From Acidobacteriota bacterium (GTDB lineage Bacteria; Acidobacteriota; Terriglobia; Acidiferrales; UBA7541), in the NCBI GenBank assembly GCA_013289835.1, contig JABCZG010000027.1, positions 951 through 64,950 on the forward strand: 64,000 nucleotides of DNA, read 5' to 3'. Under the pieces are notes generated by a model that worked only from the letters and a program-made list of their open reading frames with translations, ran no database searches and was not told where the DNA came from. This document shows, in pieces, positions 1-9,613 of the stretch. The stretch's first letter is position 1; every line of letters begins with the position of its first letter. Position numbers and translations under genes: made by a program.

Positions 1-402
1 TGTGCGCTCTGGATCGCGCAACCTTCGCTTCCTCTGGTGAGCGACTAACATACAAACCAGTATGTATGTTGAGCCATTCGAAATGCAATAGGAATTTCTA
101 ACTCTTGCGGGGCTCGACATTCTCGAATTTCATACCCTCTCGCCAGTGGGCGTATGAAAAGCTGGAGGAACATTCGCTCTCATCATTTTGGTGTCGTTGC
201 AAGAGGTTGTAACCCTGCCACTCTGCGTCGGTATCTGAAAGGTTCGGCCTGTTCTGTCACGTAATCGTTTTGAGCGTGGAACACGACATGCTTCCTCTGT
301 GGTCACTCAGCAGGAATTTTTGGGCAGTTGTGTGGCAGCCCTGCCCTGACTGCTGGAACGCCGGGTGGGACGTGACGTAGATCCGCGAGTCAACTCGCCA
401 CG

Positions 403-1725
403 GTGACTTTCATGGGAGGAAAAAGCGAAATGGATACGTTAAGGCGGTTACGGAATTTCTGGATACCGGGAGTCGCGACGATTGTTCTGGGCAGCTTCAG
501 CAACGCGTTCGCTCAACAGAGCTACAAGATTACCGATTTGGGCATCAACAACAGCAAGGACAACTTCAGCATGGCCATGGGCCTCAATAAACAGGGCTGG
601 GCGGAGAACATGGATGGGACCGTGGCCCCTCCCGAGAATAGTACGTCTACGACAGTTTCCAGGGGCCGCGCGGTGATAAGCATCTACGGATTCAACATCG
701 ACCTGGGCACGCTTGGAAAACCCGGCGCCAACAGTTGGATTAACTGGGGCGGGATCAACGACCCCGGCGAAGCCGTTGGTATGTCCGAAACAGCTGCTCC
801 CGATCCGAACGGCGAAGACATTTGCGGCTTCGGCACACACCTTACGTGCGTTCCGTTTCTTTGGCGAGACGGCCACATGAGCGCTCTTCCGACGCTCGGT
901 GGAAATAACGGGCAGGCCAGCGCCATCAATAACCGCGGAGAAGTCGTCGGATTTGCCGAAGACGGCGCCGTGGACTCCACATGCCCAGCCGGCATAACCA
1001 ACAATCGGATTGCGCTGGCAGCGTTGTGGGAAAGAGGCACCGCCGAAGCCCTGCGTTTGGTGGGTAACGATGTAGACGGTGAGGCATTCGGGATCAACGA
1101 TCGAGGCCAAGCGGTAGGCTACTCGGGAAACTGCGTCGCAGCGACGCACGCCGTAATGTGGAAAGACAAAACTGTCTCCGTGCTTCAGGATCTCGGGGGT
1201 ACAGGTTCCAATTTCGCTTACGTTATTAACAACAAGGGCCAAATCGCCGGGCAAGTCGGCACTGCTGACGGCTCAACCTTCTATGCCGCGGCTTGGCTGG
1301 ATGGCGCAGACGGCGCAGTCACAAAGATCGACCTTCTGCCGGGAGATTTTGCCGCCTTCGCCACCGGCATCAACAACCGGGGCCAAGTGGTGGGAAACGA
1401 TTTTGACTCGAAGTTCGACTGGTTCCACGGCTTCATCTGGCAGGATAATGTGACAACGGACCTTAACACGCTAATTCCCGAAGATTCCGGCCTCTTCATA
1501 ATCTCGGCTAGCAATATCAATGATCGCGGGCAAATCTCGGGTATGGCCACGGTGGTCTCCGGGCCCCATGCGGGCGAGATTCACGCCTATCTTTTGACCC
1601 CCACAGACGGACGCCTAGGCGCCTCGATGGCAGATTTCGCACGTACACATCCCCAGTCCATTTTACACGGGAACGCTTGCAGCCACTTTTTACAGAGACT
1701 CAGACCCGGCCGATTCGAGCGTTAA
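403..1725 (+). CDS. Secreted HAF-family extracellular repeat protein
   Basis: 440-aa ORF with a hydrophobic, signal-like N-terminus ending AFAQQ. At least five repeats share the core (I/V)N(N/D)(R/K)GQ(V/I)(V/A/S)G: INNRGEVVG, INDRGQAVG, INNKGQIAG, INNRGQVVG, INDRGQISG. A terminal HAYLLTP motif is characteristic of HAF repeats. No PEP-CTERM tail is visible. The start is uncertain (GTG 403, ATG 412 or ATG 430). Confidence 0.75.
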   Translation: MTFMGGKSEMDTLRRLRNFWIPGVATIVLGSFSNAFAQQSYKITDLGINNSKDNFSMAMGLNKQGWAENMDGTVAPPENSTSTTVSRGRAVISIYGFNIDLGTLGKPGANSWINWGGINDPGEAVGMSETAAPDPNGEDICGFGTHLTCVPFLWRDGHMSALPTLGGNNGQASAINNRGEVVGFAEDGAVDSTCPAGITNNRIALAALWERGTAEALRLVGNDVDGEAFGINDRGQAVGYSGNCVAATHAVMWKDKTVSVLQDLGGTGSNFAYVINNKGQIAGQVGTADGSTFYAAAWLDGADGAVTKIDLLPGDFAAFATGINNRGQVVGNDFDSKFDWFHGFIWQDNVTTDLNTLIPEDSGLFIISASNINDRGQISGMATVVSGPHAGEIHAYLLTPTDGRLGASMADFARTHPQSILHGNACSHFLQRLRPGRFER

Positions 1726-1726
1726 A

Positions 1727-1834
1727 GGGCATTTTGGGAGCTTCCGCACAACACATACCAGCCGTATGCTGCGCGAAGGCGCAAGGCCGGAGATTGTCGG
1801 GGACGTTCTGGGTCATGTCGATATATTCGCGTGA
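1727..1834 (+). pseudogene. Tyrosine recombinase (integrase) C-terminal fragment
   Basis: The frame reads GHFGSFRTTHTSRMLREGARPEIVGDVLGHVDIFA*. This resembles the conserved R-H-T..a..ml..G....i...LGH..i region of tyrosine recombinases. Only about 35 codons remain, with no N-terminal domains and no catalytic-Tyr segment. Confidence 0.45.
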
Positions 1835-1992
1835 CCCAGCACGTTGACAGTAAGAGCTGGCGGAGAGGATTTCCTGACGAATTGGAGACTCGACTTCGAA
1901 GAGTCGCGCGCTAGCTCCTGATTAACGCCGTAGTCGTACATGTGCACGTCCGGATCGTGTCGTGAACGCGAGGCCTGCACAGACAGGAAAGA

Positions 1993-2022
1993 AAAGCGGG
2001 CGCCCGTGCGGGCGCCCGCTTT
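1993..2022 (-). terminator. Intrinsic terminator hairpin, usable in both directions
   Basis: Perfect 13-bp GC-rich stem: AAAGCGGGCGCCC (1993-2005), loop GTGC, GGGCGCCCGCTTT (2010-2022). On the minus strand a T-rich run (TTTTCTTTC) follows. It lies just downstream of the minus-strand remnant that ends at 2047. Confidence 0.55.
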
Positions 2023-2046
2023 CGCATTTTGAGGGATCGGCAAATA

Positions 2047-2370
2047 CTAGCGGTCGTTATCCTCGAAGGGAACGCCGGGCAGTACCGGCGTGCCTTCCAA
2101 CTGGACCGCTTGCAGGGCCGAAGGATCGAGGCCCAAGGCCTTGAGAATTGTCGGGGCCACTTGGGCGGTTTGGACTGGGGTGGAGATAGTTTTTGGCGCG
2201 AACTTGGGGTTCGAGACAAGGATCATCATGTTGGTGTCGTCGTGCGAGAAGCCGCCGCCTTCTGCCTGCTTCGCGGTGCTCTTGGAGTAGGTGACACCGT
2301 TGTTTGGAGAAACGATGATGTCGGGGCTGCGTGGGTCACCGATCGGCGGAAGGCCCGGCTTGTTGAACAA
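2047..2370 (-). pseudogene. C-terminal remnant of an alkaline-phosphatase-superfamily (nucleotide pyrophosphatase/phosphodiesterase-like) gene
   Basis: The 107-aa ORF contains ...GGGFSHDDTNMMILVSNPKF...VQTAQVAPTILKALGLDP... This resembles the last ~100 aa of type I phosphodiesterase/alkaline-phosphatase-fold enzymes. A full-length gene (over 400 aa) cannot fit, because the response-regulator gene on the other strand occupies the upstream space. Confidence 0.4.
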
Positions 2371-2473
2371 AACCTGTTCGGGGCGCGCTCGAGAGGCTAG
2401 GAAAACTTGGCAAGCGGCTGGCAGATTGTTACAGTCGAGGTACCCAGCGAATTATTTGCAGGCCACCGGCGGA

Positions 2474-3925
2474 ATGCAAGCCGAGGAGAGGCTGAGACCC
2501 ATGGGGGAAGAAACTCGCGCGGCAGTGCGTGCGGTGGAAACGCAAGAGCGGAAGGACCGCGTCCTGATTGTGGAGGACGAGGACAACGCACGCAAAGGCT
2601 ACGAACAACTTTTGCAGCGCTGGGGCTGCGATGTTCTCGGCGTGGGCACGGCGGAAGAGGCGCTGGCGAAATTTGCGGGCTATCAACCGGATGCGCTGAT
2701 CGCGGACGTGGAATTGCCGGGGATGAATGGGTTGGATCTGCTGAAACAGCTCGGGTTGGAACTGCTAGATGTTCCCGCGATTGTAATCACCGGCAAAGGA
2801 AGCGAAGAGCGCGCCGTCGCGGCCATCGAAGCCGGAGCGTTCTGGTACATCGAGAAGCCGCTGAAGGGGCCAGTGCTGCGGGCGCTGCTGGATCGCGCTC
2901 TGCGGCGAGCGCGCGATGCGCGGCAGCTCGCTGTGTTGCAGCGGCAACTGCGCGAGGCGGGGCGGCTGGGCGACCTGGTGGGCGGGTCGAAGCCGATGCA
3001 GGAAGTGATGCGCATTGTGGAAATGGCGGCGCCGAGTTCGGCATCCGTGCTGATTACCGGCGAAACGGGATCGGGCAAAGAGATTGTTGCGCGGACGATC
3101 CACAAACTTTCGCCGCGCGCGGGCGGCCCCTTCGTGGCCATCAATTGCTCGGCGATTCCGGAAACGTTGATGGAAAGCGAAATTTTCGGGCACGAGCGGG
3201 GCGCGTTCACGGGCGCGGCGGAACGGCGCATCGGCTGTTTCGAATTGGCGGATGGCGGGACGTTGCTGCTGGATGAGATTGGCGAAATGCCCGCGCCGAC
3301 GCAGGCGAAGCTCTTGCGCGTTCTGGAAGATCGAAAAGTTCGCCGGCTGGGAAGCAAGAGCGAAACGCCGGTGGATGTGCGCGTACTGGCAGCGACAAAC
3401 AAAGAAGCGGAGCAGGCGGTGAGCAGCGGGCTGATGCGGCAGGATCTTTTTTTCCGCTTGAACGTGTTTCACATCAACTTGCCGCCGCTGCGCGAACACA
3501 AGGACGACATTCCGCTGCTCGTCGAACATATTCTGCGCGACTTGAATGCCAAGCACGGGAAGCATGTGCGAGGCATCGGCGCGGAAGTTCTGGACATTTT
3601 TATGGGGCATACGTGGCCGGGAAATATTCGCGAGCTGCGAAACGTGCTGGAGCGCGCTTCCATCATGTGCGAGAAGGATTTGATTACGCGTGCGTGCCTG
3701 CCGGGAGAATTCGGGAAAAATGTATCGAAGGGACCGAGCGATCTTTCCGCCATTAAATTCCCGGTGGGGACGACGGTGGACGCGATGGAGCGCGAATTGA
3801 TTTTGCAGACGCTGGGCGCGACCGGAAACAACAAGACGCGCGCGGCGGAATTGCTGGGCATCAGCCTGAAGACGCTGCACAACAAATTGAAAGAATACGG
3901 CGGCGATCGCGCCGAGACGGAGTAG
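2474..3925 (+). CDS. Sigma-54-dependent response regulator (NtrC family: REC + AAA+ + Fis-type HTH)
   Basis: REC domain (RVLIVEDEDNARKGY..., DALIADVELPGMNG). AAA+ Walker A (GETGSGKE), GAFTGA loop, ESEIFGHERGAFTGA, and a C-terminal HTH (NKTRAAELLGISLKTLHNKL). The start is ATG 2474 or 2501; the track's 2291 start adds an implausible leader. Confidence 0.9.
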   Translation: MQAEERLRPMGEETRAAVRAVETQERKDRVLIVEDEDNARKGYEQLLQRWGCDVLGVGTAEEALAKFAGYQPDALIADVELPGMNGLDLLKQLGLELLDVPAIVITGKGSEERAVAAIEAGAFWYIEKPLKGPVLRALLDRALRRARDARQLAVLQRQLREAGRLGDLVGGSKPMQEVMRIVEMAAPSSASVLITGETGSGKEIVARTIHKLSPRAGGPFVAINCSAIPETLMESEIFGHERGAFTGAAERRIGCFELADGGTLLLDEIGEMPAPTQAKLLRVLEDRKVRRLGSKSETPVDVRVLAATNKEAEQAVSSGLMRQDLFFRLNVFHINLPPLREHKDDIPLLVEHILRDLNAKHGKHVRGIGAEVLDIFMGHTWPGNIRELRNVLERASIMCEKDLITRACLPGEFGKNVSKGPSDLSAIKFPVGTTVDAMERELILQTLGATGNNKTRAAELLGISLKTLHNKLKEYGGDRAETE

Positions 3926-3934
3926 GGACGCGGG

Positions 3935-5791
3935 ATGCAGCTGCGGCTGCGGACAAAGCTCACGCTGGTGATGACGGGGCTGGTGCTGCTCGTCGCGGCG
4001 GTCTTGTCTGGCGTGTTTGCGGCGCAACTTCTCGATCAACTGTTACAAGCCACCAGCAAGCGCGCCAGCGATCTGGCGGGGCAGGTTTTTCTTCAAGCGC
4101 AACATGCGCTGACGGACGCCGGAGAGCAGGGTTTGCGGCCGGCGTCAGACAGTCCTCAGGAAATCCACGACTACGTACGGCACGCTTTCGAAATCAATGA
4201 AGGCCTTCGCACGCAGCTGAAAGCGGCGAAAGAGAATCCGCTGATCTATGAAGTCTCCATCACGGACCATGAGGGGATGGTGCTGATCTCGACGGATGAG
4301 AACCTGCCGGGGAAATTTCTGCCGAGAAGAACGCCGCTTTCGCAATTGGTGCAGCGAAATTTCCTGCATCAAGTGAAGGTGTTGGCCAGTCCGCCACAAA
4401 TTTACGAACTTGATTATCCATTCACCAAGGGCGGGCAGCCTTTCGGAGAAGTGCGCATGGTGCTCTCTTCGGGATTTTTGTTGAATGACATCGAGCCAAG
4501 CTTGCGGACGTCTGGAACGATCGTGCTGGTGGCATTGGTGATTTCCACGCTGCTGGCGGCGGTGGTCAGCGGCGCGACGCTTGCTCCGCTGCGTGACATC
4601 GCTGCGCAACTCGACCGCATTTCCGCGGGGGAATACGATGCCCCTTCGCCAGAGGTAAGAGGCTTTGCGGGAGGCGGCGATGAACTTGGGTTAGTGAGCC
4701 GGAAAATTACGCAGGTGGGACAGCAGTTGCGCGGGGTGCATGAGATTTTCAGCACCATGCGCGAGAACATGAATTCGGTGATGGCCGGGCTGGAAGACGG
4801 TTTGCTGTTGTTCACCCGGGATTCGCGCGCGGTAATGATCAGTCCGGCGGCGGAGAAATTTCTTGGGGCTCCCGCGGGGCACTTTCTGGGGAAGCGCGTG
4901 ACGGAGATTTTTCCGGTCGGACATCCGCTGCATGAGGCGATGCGCATTGAGAGTGATGAATTGAGCGAAGTGGCTGCAGAGATCGAGCTGGAAACGAGCG
5001 AAGGGCCGAAACGCGTGAGCGTTAGCGTGCAGGCAATTCAGGAAGATGGCGAGCGCATGGGCGCGCTGGTGACGCTCCGCGACCTCGATTCGCTGGAAAG
5101 CATCAATACGCAACTGCAGGTAAGCGAGCGGCTGGCGGCGCTGGGGCGTATCACGGCAGGCGTGGCGCACGAAGTGAAAAATCCCCTGAACTCCATGCGA
5201 CTGTGGCTGGAAAATTTGAAAGAGTCGCTCCCGCCGGACCAAGAGAGCGCGTCGCAGCAAGCCGTGCAGGTGCTGGACAAAGAGATCGACCGGCTCGATG
5301 CGGTGGTCAAGCGGTTCCTGGATTTTACGCGGCCGATGGATGTGCGGCTGGAGGCCACGCAACTTTCCGAATTGTTGAAAGATGTGTTGGAACTTGCCCA
5401 GCCGCAGTTCCAGAAATCGAATATCCAGTTAGCCCAATTGCTGCCAATTGACGTACCGGTGGTCTACGTGGATCGCGCGCTGCTGAAGCAGGCGGTGCTA
5501 AATCTGGTGCTGAACGCGGCCGAAGCCATGCCGAACGGCGGTCTACTGCGGCTGGTGCTGAGCCGGCGCGGCGAAATGGCGGAGATCACGGTTGGGGACA
5601 CCGGCAAAGGAATCTTGCCGGAAAATCGTCAGAAAATTTTTCAGTTGTTCTTCACCACCCGTCCAGGAGGCAGTGGGATCGGCCTGGCGAGCGCGTTTCG
5701 AATTGTGCAGCTTCACAACGGTTCGATAGACTTTACTTCGGAGGTCGGGCGAGGCACGACGTTCCGAATCGAACTGCCGCTCGCCGCCTGA
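3935..5791 (+). CDS. Sensor histidine kinase (2 TM, HAMP, PAS-like, HisKA, HATPase_c)
   Basis: Two hydrophobic segments flank a ~150-aa extracytoplasmic region. H-box AHEVKNPLNSMRLWLENL, N-box LNLVLNAAEAM, G-boxes GDTGKGI and GSGIGLA. It lies 9 nt downstream of the regulator. Confidence 0.9.
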   Translation: MQLRLRTKLTLVMTGLVLLVAAVLSGVFAAQLLDQLLQATSKRASDLAGQVFLQAQHALTDAGEQGLRPASDSPQEIHDYVRHAFEINEGLRTQLKAAKENPLIYEVSITDHEGMVLISTDENLPGKFLPRRTPLSQLVQRNFLHQVKVLASPPQIYELDYPFTKGGQPFGEVRMVLSSGFLLNDIEPSLRTSGTIVLVALVISTLLAAVVSGATLAPLRDIAAQLDRISAGEYDAPSPEVRGFAGGGDELGLVSRKITQVGQQLRGVHEIFSTMRENMNSVMAGLEDGLLLFTRDSRAVMISPAAEKFLGAPAGHFLGKRVTEIFPVGHPLHEAMRIESDELSEVAAEIELETSEGPKRVSVSVQAIQEDGERMGALVTLRDLDSLESINTQLQVSERLAALGRITAGVAHEVKNPLNSMRLWLENLKESLPPDQESASQQAVQVLDKEIDRLDAVVKRFLDFTRPMDVRLEATQLSELLKDVLELAQPQFQKSNIQLAQLLPIDVPVVYVDRALLKQAVLNLVLNAAEAMPNGGLLRLVLSRRGEMAEITVGDTGKGILPENRQKIFQLFFTTRPGGSGIGLASAFRIVQLHNGSIDFTSEVGRGTTFRIELPLAA

Positions 5792-5793
5792 AC

Positions 5794-6384
5794 ATGACGG
5801 AAAATTCCGCCCGGACCCACAGCGTACTTCCGCGCTGCGCTGTTCGCTCATGGTTTGTTTTTCTTGGCTGCGCGACGATCGCGCTCGGCGGGTGCAGCGT
5901 TCGAAGGCGGCCGGCGATTCCATGGGCGACCGCAGTGCAGGTAAGACCCGTACCCCAACCGAACAGAACGTCCGCGAGTGAGACTCCTGAGGATCCCGTT
6001 CCCGAATTGCGATATGAGCTGCCGCCTTTTCCGCCACATCTGATCAACGCGCGAAGTGGCCCGCCACGGCCGCATGTGAACGCGCCGAGCACGGCGGGGG
6101 GCGAAGCGGAAAAGCGGGACGCGCCGATGATCGCACCGCAGCTAACTCCGGCTGAGACGACTCTTGCACAGCAGCAAACGAATCAGAGTCTCGCAATCGC
6201 CGAGAAAAACCTGATGGCCGCCAATGGAAAGAGGTTGAACGCGGCGCAGGCCGACTTGGTGTCCAAGATCAAAGGATTTATTAAGGACGCGCGGGAAGCG
6301 GCGCAAATTGGGGATTGGAGCCGCGCGCGAAGTCTTGCGAAGAAGGCGCAGGTTTTGTCGGAAGACCTTGCCGGATCGTTTTGA
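5794..6384 (+). CDS. Hypothetical lipoprotein
   Basis: Lipobox-like IALGGC after a hydrophobic leader, a Pro-rich linker and a helical C-terminus. It begins 2 nt after the kinase stop and is probably in the same operon. Confidence 0.55.
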   Translation: MTENSARTHSVLPRCAVRSWFVFLGCATIALGGCSVRRRPAIPWATAVQVRPVPQPNRTSASETPEDPVPELRYELPPFPPHLINARSGPPRPHVNAPSTAGGEAEKRDAPMIAPQLTPAETTLAQQQTNQSLAIAEKNLMAANGKRLNAAQADLVSKIKGFIKDAREAAQIGDWSRARSLAKKAQVLSEDLAGSF

Positions 6385-6483
6385 TTCCTTTTCCCACTGA
6401 ATCGTTCTACGTTCCGGCTCATTCGTCTGCCATTGCTCGGCTGTATCCACAAAGCCCTCGATTAATTGAGATAAGATGACGGT

Positions 6484-7623
6484 ATGAAGACGTTTGACGT
6501 GGCCATTGCTGGCGGAGGCGTGATTGGCGGGGCGACCGCGCTGGAACTGGCGCGCGCGGGCTTACGCGTCGGCGTTTTCGACCGGCAACAACCGGGGCAG
6601 GAAGCGTCATGGGCAAGCGCGGGGATTTTGTCGCCGGCGCCGGAAAGCCCGGGGATGATTGCGATGGTGCCGCTCGGGAAGGCGAGTCTTTCTTTGTATC
6701 CGGACTTTGTGGCGCAGGTGGAGGAAATTTCCGGGCAAAGCACGGGCTTCCGTCCGAAGGGCACGCTCGAAGCTCTATTTTCGAAAGATACCAGGGAGGA
6801 GCTCAGCACAATTATCGCGTTGCATCACGGACTGGGCTTGCAGGCGGAGCCACTTCGCCCCGAGGATGCGCGTGAGCTGGAGCCGGCGCTTAGTGAAGAG
6901 GTCGAAGCGGCGGTGCTCAGGCCGAACGAAGCCTCGATTGACAATCGCTCGCTGATGAATGCTGTGCTGGAAGCAGCGCGACGCAGCGGCGCTGAAATTT
7001 TTCCTGGCAGCGGGGTGAAAGCTATCTGGCGCGAGGGCAACCGCTGTGCCGGATTCCAGCTTCAAAACGAAAAAGTGGAAGCCAAATGGACCATCGTTGC
7101 GGCGGGCTGTTTTTCCGAAACGATCGAAGGGGTCGCGAAGTACGCGCCTGTGACGCCAGCAAAGGGCCAAATGGTTGCGCTGCGTGCCGATGACGTGGAG
7201 ATTCAGCGCGTCCTCTGGTCCGACAAGATTTATCTCGTGCCTCGGAATGACGGAAGGATCCTTGCGGGTGCCACGGTCGAGCACGTGGGCTTCGACAAGC
7301 GAACGACCGCAGGCGGGATCCAGAAAATTCTTTCCGCGGCGATCGAACTCGCGCCGGACCTCGCGAATGCGCGCATCGAAGAAACCTGGGCAGGATTGCG
7401 CCCCGATTCTCCCGACCACCTTCCGATTCTCGGCCCAACGGATGTGGATGGCCTGGTGATGGCCACGGGGCACTTTCGCAGCGGGATTTTACTCACACCG
7501 ATTACAGCGCGGTTGATTCGCCAATGGATTACGGAGCAGCGCGTAAGCGAGGATTGGAGCCGCTTTAGCCCCCTGCGTTTTCAATCCGCTGGCGCGGAGG
7601 CCGCGCAGCACGCGCTTGATTGA
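6484..7623 (+). CDS. thiO: FAD-dependent glycine oxidase (ThiO-like, DAO family)
   Basis: N-terminal Rossmann motif DVAIAGGGVIGGATALELARAG. The length (379 aa) and the C-terminal ATGHFRSGILLTPITA motif are typical of ThiO. No other thi genes are adjacent, so the exact substrate is an inference. Confidence 0.6.
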   Translation: MKTFDVAIAGGGVIGGATALELARAGLRVGVFDRQQPGQEASWASAGILSPAPESPGMIAMVPLGKASLSLYPDFVAQVEEISGQSTGFRPKGTLEALFSKDTREELSTIIALHHGLGLQAEPLRPEDARELEPALSEEVEAAVLRPNEASIDNRSLMNAVLEAARRSGAEIFPGSGVKAIWREGNRCAGFQLQNEKVEAKWTIVAAGCFSETIEGVAKYAPVTPAKGQMVALRADDVEIQRVLWSDKIYLVPRNDGRILAGATVEHVGFDKRTTAGGIQKILSAAIELAPDLANARIEETWAGLRPDSPDHLPILGPTDVDGLVMATGHFRSGILLTPITARLIRQWITEQRVSEDWSRFSPLRFQSAGAEAAQHALD

Positions 7624-7650
7624 TTTTCTTCAGAACTAAAGGAGATGCGG

Positions 7651-8436
7651 CTATCGGACCACCGGCGGCGTAATGGGCTGGGCCTGTCCCACGTCGGTGA
7701 ATTGGATTTGACTGCCATCGAGAGCAAGTTCGTGCTCCAGGACAATATCCAGTGAGGAACCGCGAGGCAGCTGTGCTTCCGGTCCGCGCGTCAGTAACAC
7801 CGCGGCCAAACCCGCGACGCCGCCAATTCCAGCGCCAATGCCGGCGCCCTTGGCACCATCGGCGATCGCGCCGATTCCCGCGCCGGCGACCGTTGTTTCC
7901 GCAACAGTCGCTACATCTTTCCCTTTGCCGCCAGGCCCGGTCACTTTGCCTTCGGAGTCCATGGTTTCGTTGCCGCCGGAATCGGCGCTGCGCGGGGCCG
8001 CGTTCAAGTCCACGGTGTAGCCGTTGGGGAGAATCAAGGTGTTCAATTTGAGCCGGAGTTCGCCCTTGCCTTTGACGCGGCCGGGGCGCTTGCTTTCGAG
8101 CAGTTCGCCGCGCAAGTACGACCCGACGGGAATCACAATGCGATTATTTTGCGTGAGCGGAAAGGAAGTGCGCAGGTAAACCGAATCGCCGACCTTGGCG
8201 CTGCGCGTGGAGATGCCGTTTTCAAGGACAACTCCGAGCCGCGTGCCAGCGGGAATGAGAATTTTTTCATACGAAGCTGCGCGTGGCGCGGGGGCAGGCT
8301 TCGACGCGGGAGCGACCGTTAGTGGAGCAGAGGTCTGTGGTCCCTCCGGCTGTTGTGCTAGCAAAGGGGTGGAGCAGGAAATGCCGGCTGCGAAAACTAG
8401 CGAAAACCGGCGAGCCACGGCATGGATGGATTTCAT
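7651..8436 (-). CDS. Secreted hypothetical protein with a Gly-zipper segment (TrbI/VirB10-like barrel region possible)
   Basis: Start chosen at MKSIHAVARRFSLVFAAGISCSTPLLAQQ, which has a signal peptide and a GGAGG Shine-Dalgarno (SD) site 5 nt upstream. Contains a Gly-rich zipper GAGIGAIADGAKGAGIGAGIGGVAG. The IPAGTRL...VIPVGSYL pattern recalls TrbI-like domains. Confidence 0.55.
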   Translation of the reverse strand: MKSIHAVARRFSLVFAAGISCSTPLLAQQPEGPQTSAPLTVAPASKPAPAPRAASYEKILIPAGTRLGVVLENGISTRSAKVGDSVYLRTSFPLTQNNRIVIPVGSYLRGELLESKRPGRVKGKGELRLKLNTLILPNGYTVDLNAAPRSADSGGNETMDSEGKVTGPGGKGKDVATVAETTVAGAGIGAIADGAKGAGIGAGIGGVAGLAAVLLTRGPEAQLPRGSSLDIVLEHELALDGSQIQFTDVGQAQPITPPVVR

Positions 8437-8564
8437 GACGGCCTCCGTCTCTGCCACTTCCGATGCGCAGAATAGCCGGAACGGATGCCTTAGTACAGCG
8501 CCTATTGCTGACAGTGCTAAAGTTCGAGATTCGAAAAATTCGTAGGGGCCATTGTTCCCTGGGA

Positions 8565-9125
8565 TCAGTCTTGGATGACTCCCGCCATAATTAGAGGAAT
8601 AAAAACGATTACCAGCGGGAGGAGCACAACGCACGCCCCAACGAATCCAGTCCACTCTAGCCCGACCTTCAGGTGCGTGCCCACGGCAGGCACCGGCCTT
8701 GGAGCAGCGTTCAATTCCGAATAATGAATTCTGCGGCCTTTTCCAAGGATGCCAGACTGCACAAAGAACCCTTCATCACCAATGGAAGCAATCGCGCCGG
8801 TTACCACAACATGGTCTTTCAGCTCACAGTGAACGAAGCGATGCTTGTCAATTCCGAGAGTCCGAACGGCTTCGCGGAACGCCACGTCTTTGGGAGTGAG
8901 GGGATGTTGCAAGGGCCGGAAAAAATGACGGCGGATTCGTTTGGGAGTTGCGGGCGTGAATTGAGAAATGAGAGGCCAAAGATAGCGCAGGGCATCCCCG
9001 TTCTCTGGGGCAATTTCAATTGGCAATGGCACCAGTTCCTTGGGTGTGGTCTGGGCGCGAAGGACAGGAGCGCCCATTGAGAGAGTAAGAAGAACTGCTG
9101 GAAGGAATATATTGTTGCGAAGCAT
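8565..9125 (-). CDS. Hypothetical secreted protein with C-terminal membrane anchor
   Basis: Start at MLRNNIFLPAVLLTLSMGAPVLRAQ (signal peptide). C-terminal TM segment FVGACVVLLPLVIVFIPLIMAGV. No family recognised. Confidence 0.5.
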   Translation of the reverse strand: MLRNNIFLPAVLLTLSMGAPVLRAQTTPKELVPLPIEIAPENGDALRYLWPLISQFTPATPKRIRRHFFRPLQHPLTPKDVAFREAVRTLGIDKHRFVHCELKDHVVVTGAIASIGDEGFFVQSGILGKGRRIHYSELNAAPRPVPAVGTHLKVGLEWTGFVGACVVLLPLVIVFIPLIMAGVIQD

Positions 9126-9409
9126 GTTCGCCTCCACAGTAAAGCGCAGCAGAGCTACTTGCCTCTCCCAGTAGCAGGCGGCATGCCAATTCCGCATTCG
9201 ACTGTGGGAAGAAAAGCCCCAGGAAAAGATTGAAAATTAAGCGTTTAGAATCGCCGAAGAGCGCAAACAGGAAGGGACTATGTCCTGCCATCCGACCCGG
9301 AGGCGGGGCTGCAATCTGCCTGCTCCAGCTGGAGGATTTACGCGGCAGAATTGACTAGTGGGCTCCGAAGTGAGTACGCTGGCAAACATTCGAGACTGAG
9401 GGTATTGAA

Positions 9410-9610
9410 ATGGCCAAGCTAGCATTGATCTACGGGATGCGATTGCTGCCGGAGGAAGATCTCGGCGAAGTGAAGGACGCGACGGTGGTGCTGAAAAATG
9501 GCCGCACAGCGCGCGTGACCATGCACCTGATCGAAGGCAGCAAGGAAGAGATCGAAACGACGTTTCGGCAGTCCATCGAAGCTTTCTTTGAGATGTATCC
9601 GGAGATTTAA
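9410..9610 (+). CDS. Small hypothetical protein (66 aa)
   Basis: ATG ORF with normal amino-acid composition. No recognisable motif. Confidence 0.35.
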   Translation: MAKLALIYGMRLLPEEDLGEVKDATVVLKNGRTARVTMHLIEGSKEEIETTFRQSIEAFFEMYPEI

Positions 9611-9613
9611 AAA

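Noticed and set aside
1-402. Lower-G+C leader region at the window edge, examined for a partial gene or RNA
   Set aside because: There is no ORF of useful length, no recognisable RNA motif and no repeat match within the window. Nothing can be supported.
1727-1834. Possible prophage or integrative element, signalled by the integrase-like fragment
   Set aside because: Only a ~35-codon remnant exists. No att repeats, tRNA target or phage/ICE genes are visible nearby. It is treated as a scar, not a mobile element.
2765-4039. Long ORFs antisense to confidently called genes (for example 2765-4039, 15266-16180, 21829-23760, 35487-36614, 40101-41204, 45087-46589, 52290-53870, 54126-55250, 62921-63664)
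   Set aside because: These are typical GC-rich shadow ORFs. They are Arg/Ala/Gly/Pro/His-rich with no motifs, and each fully overlaps a gene with strong family signatures on the other strand.
6385-6483. Looked for a TPP riboswitch upstream of the ThiO-like gene
   Set aside because: There is a TGAGA-like pentamer (TTGAGATAAG) but none of the other conserved THI-box segments (no CCTGATCTGG/ACCTGA-type element).
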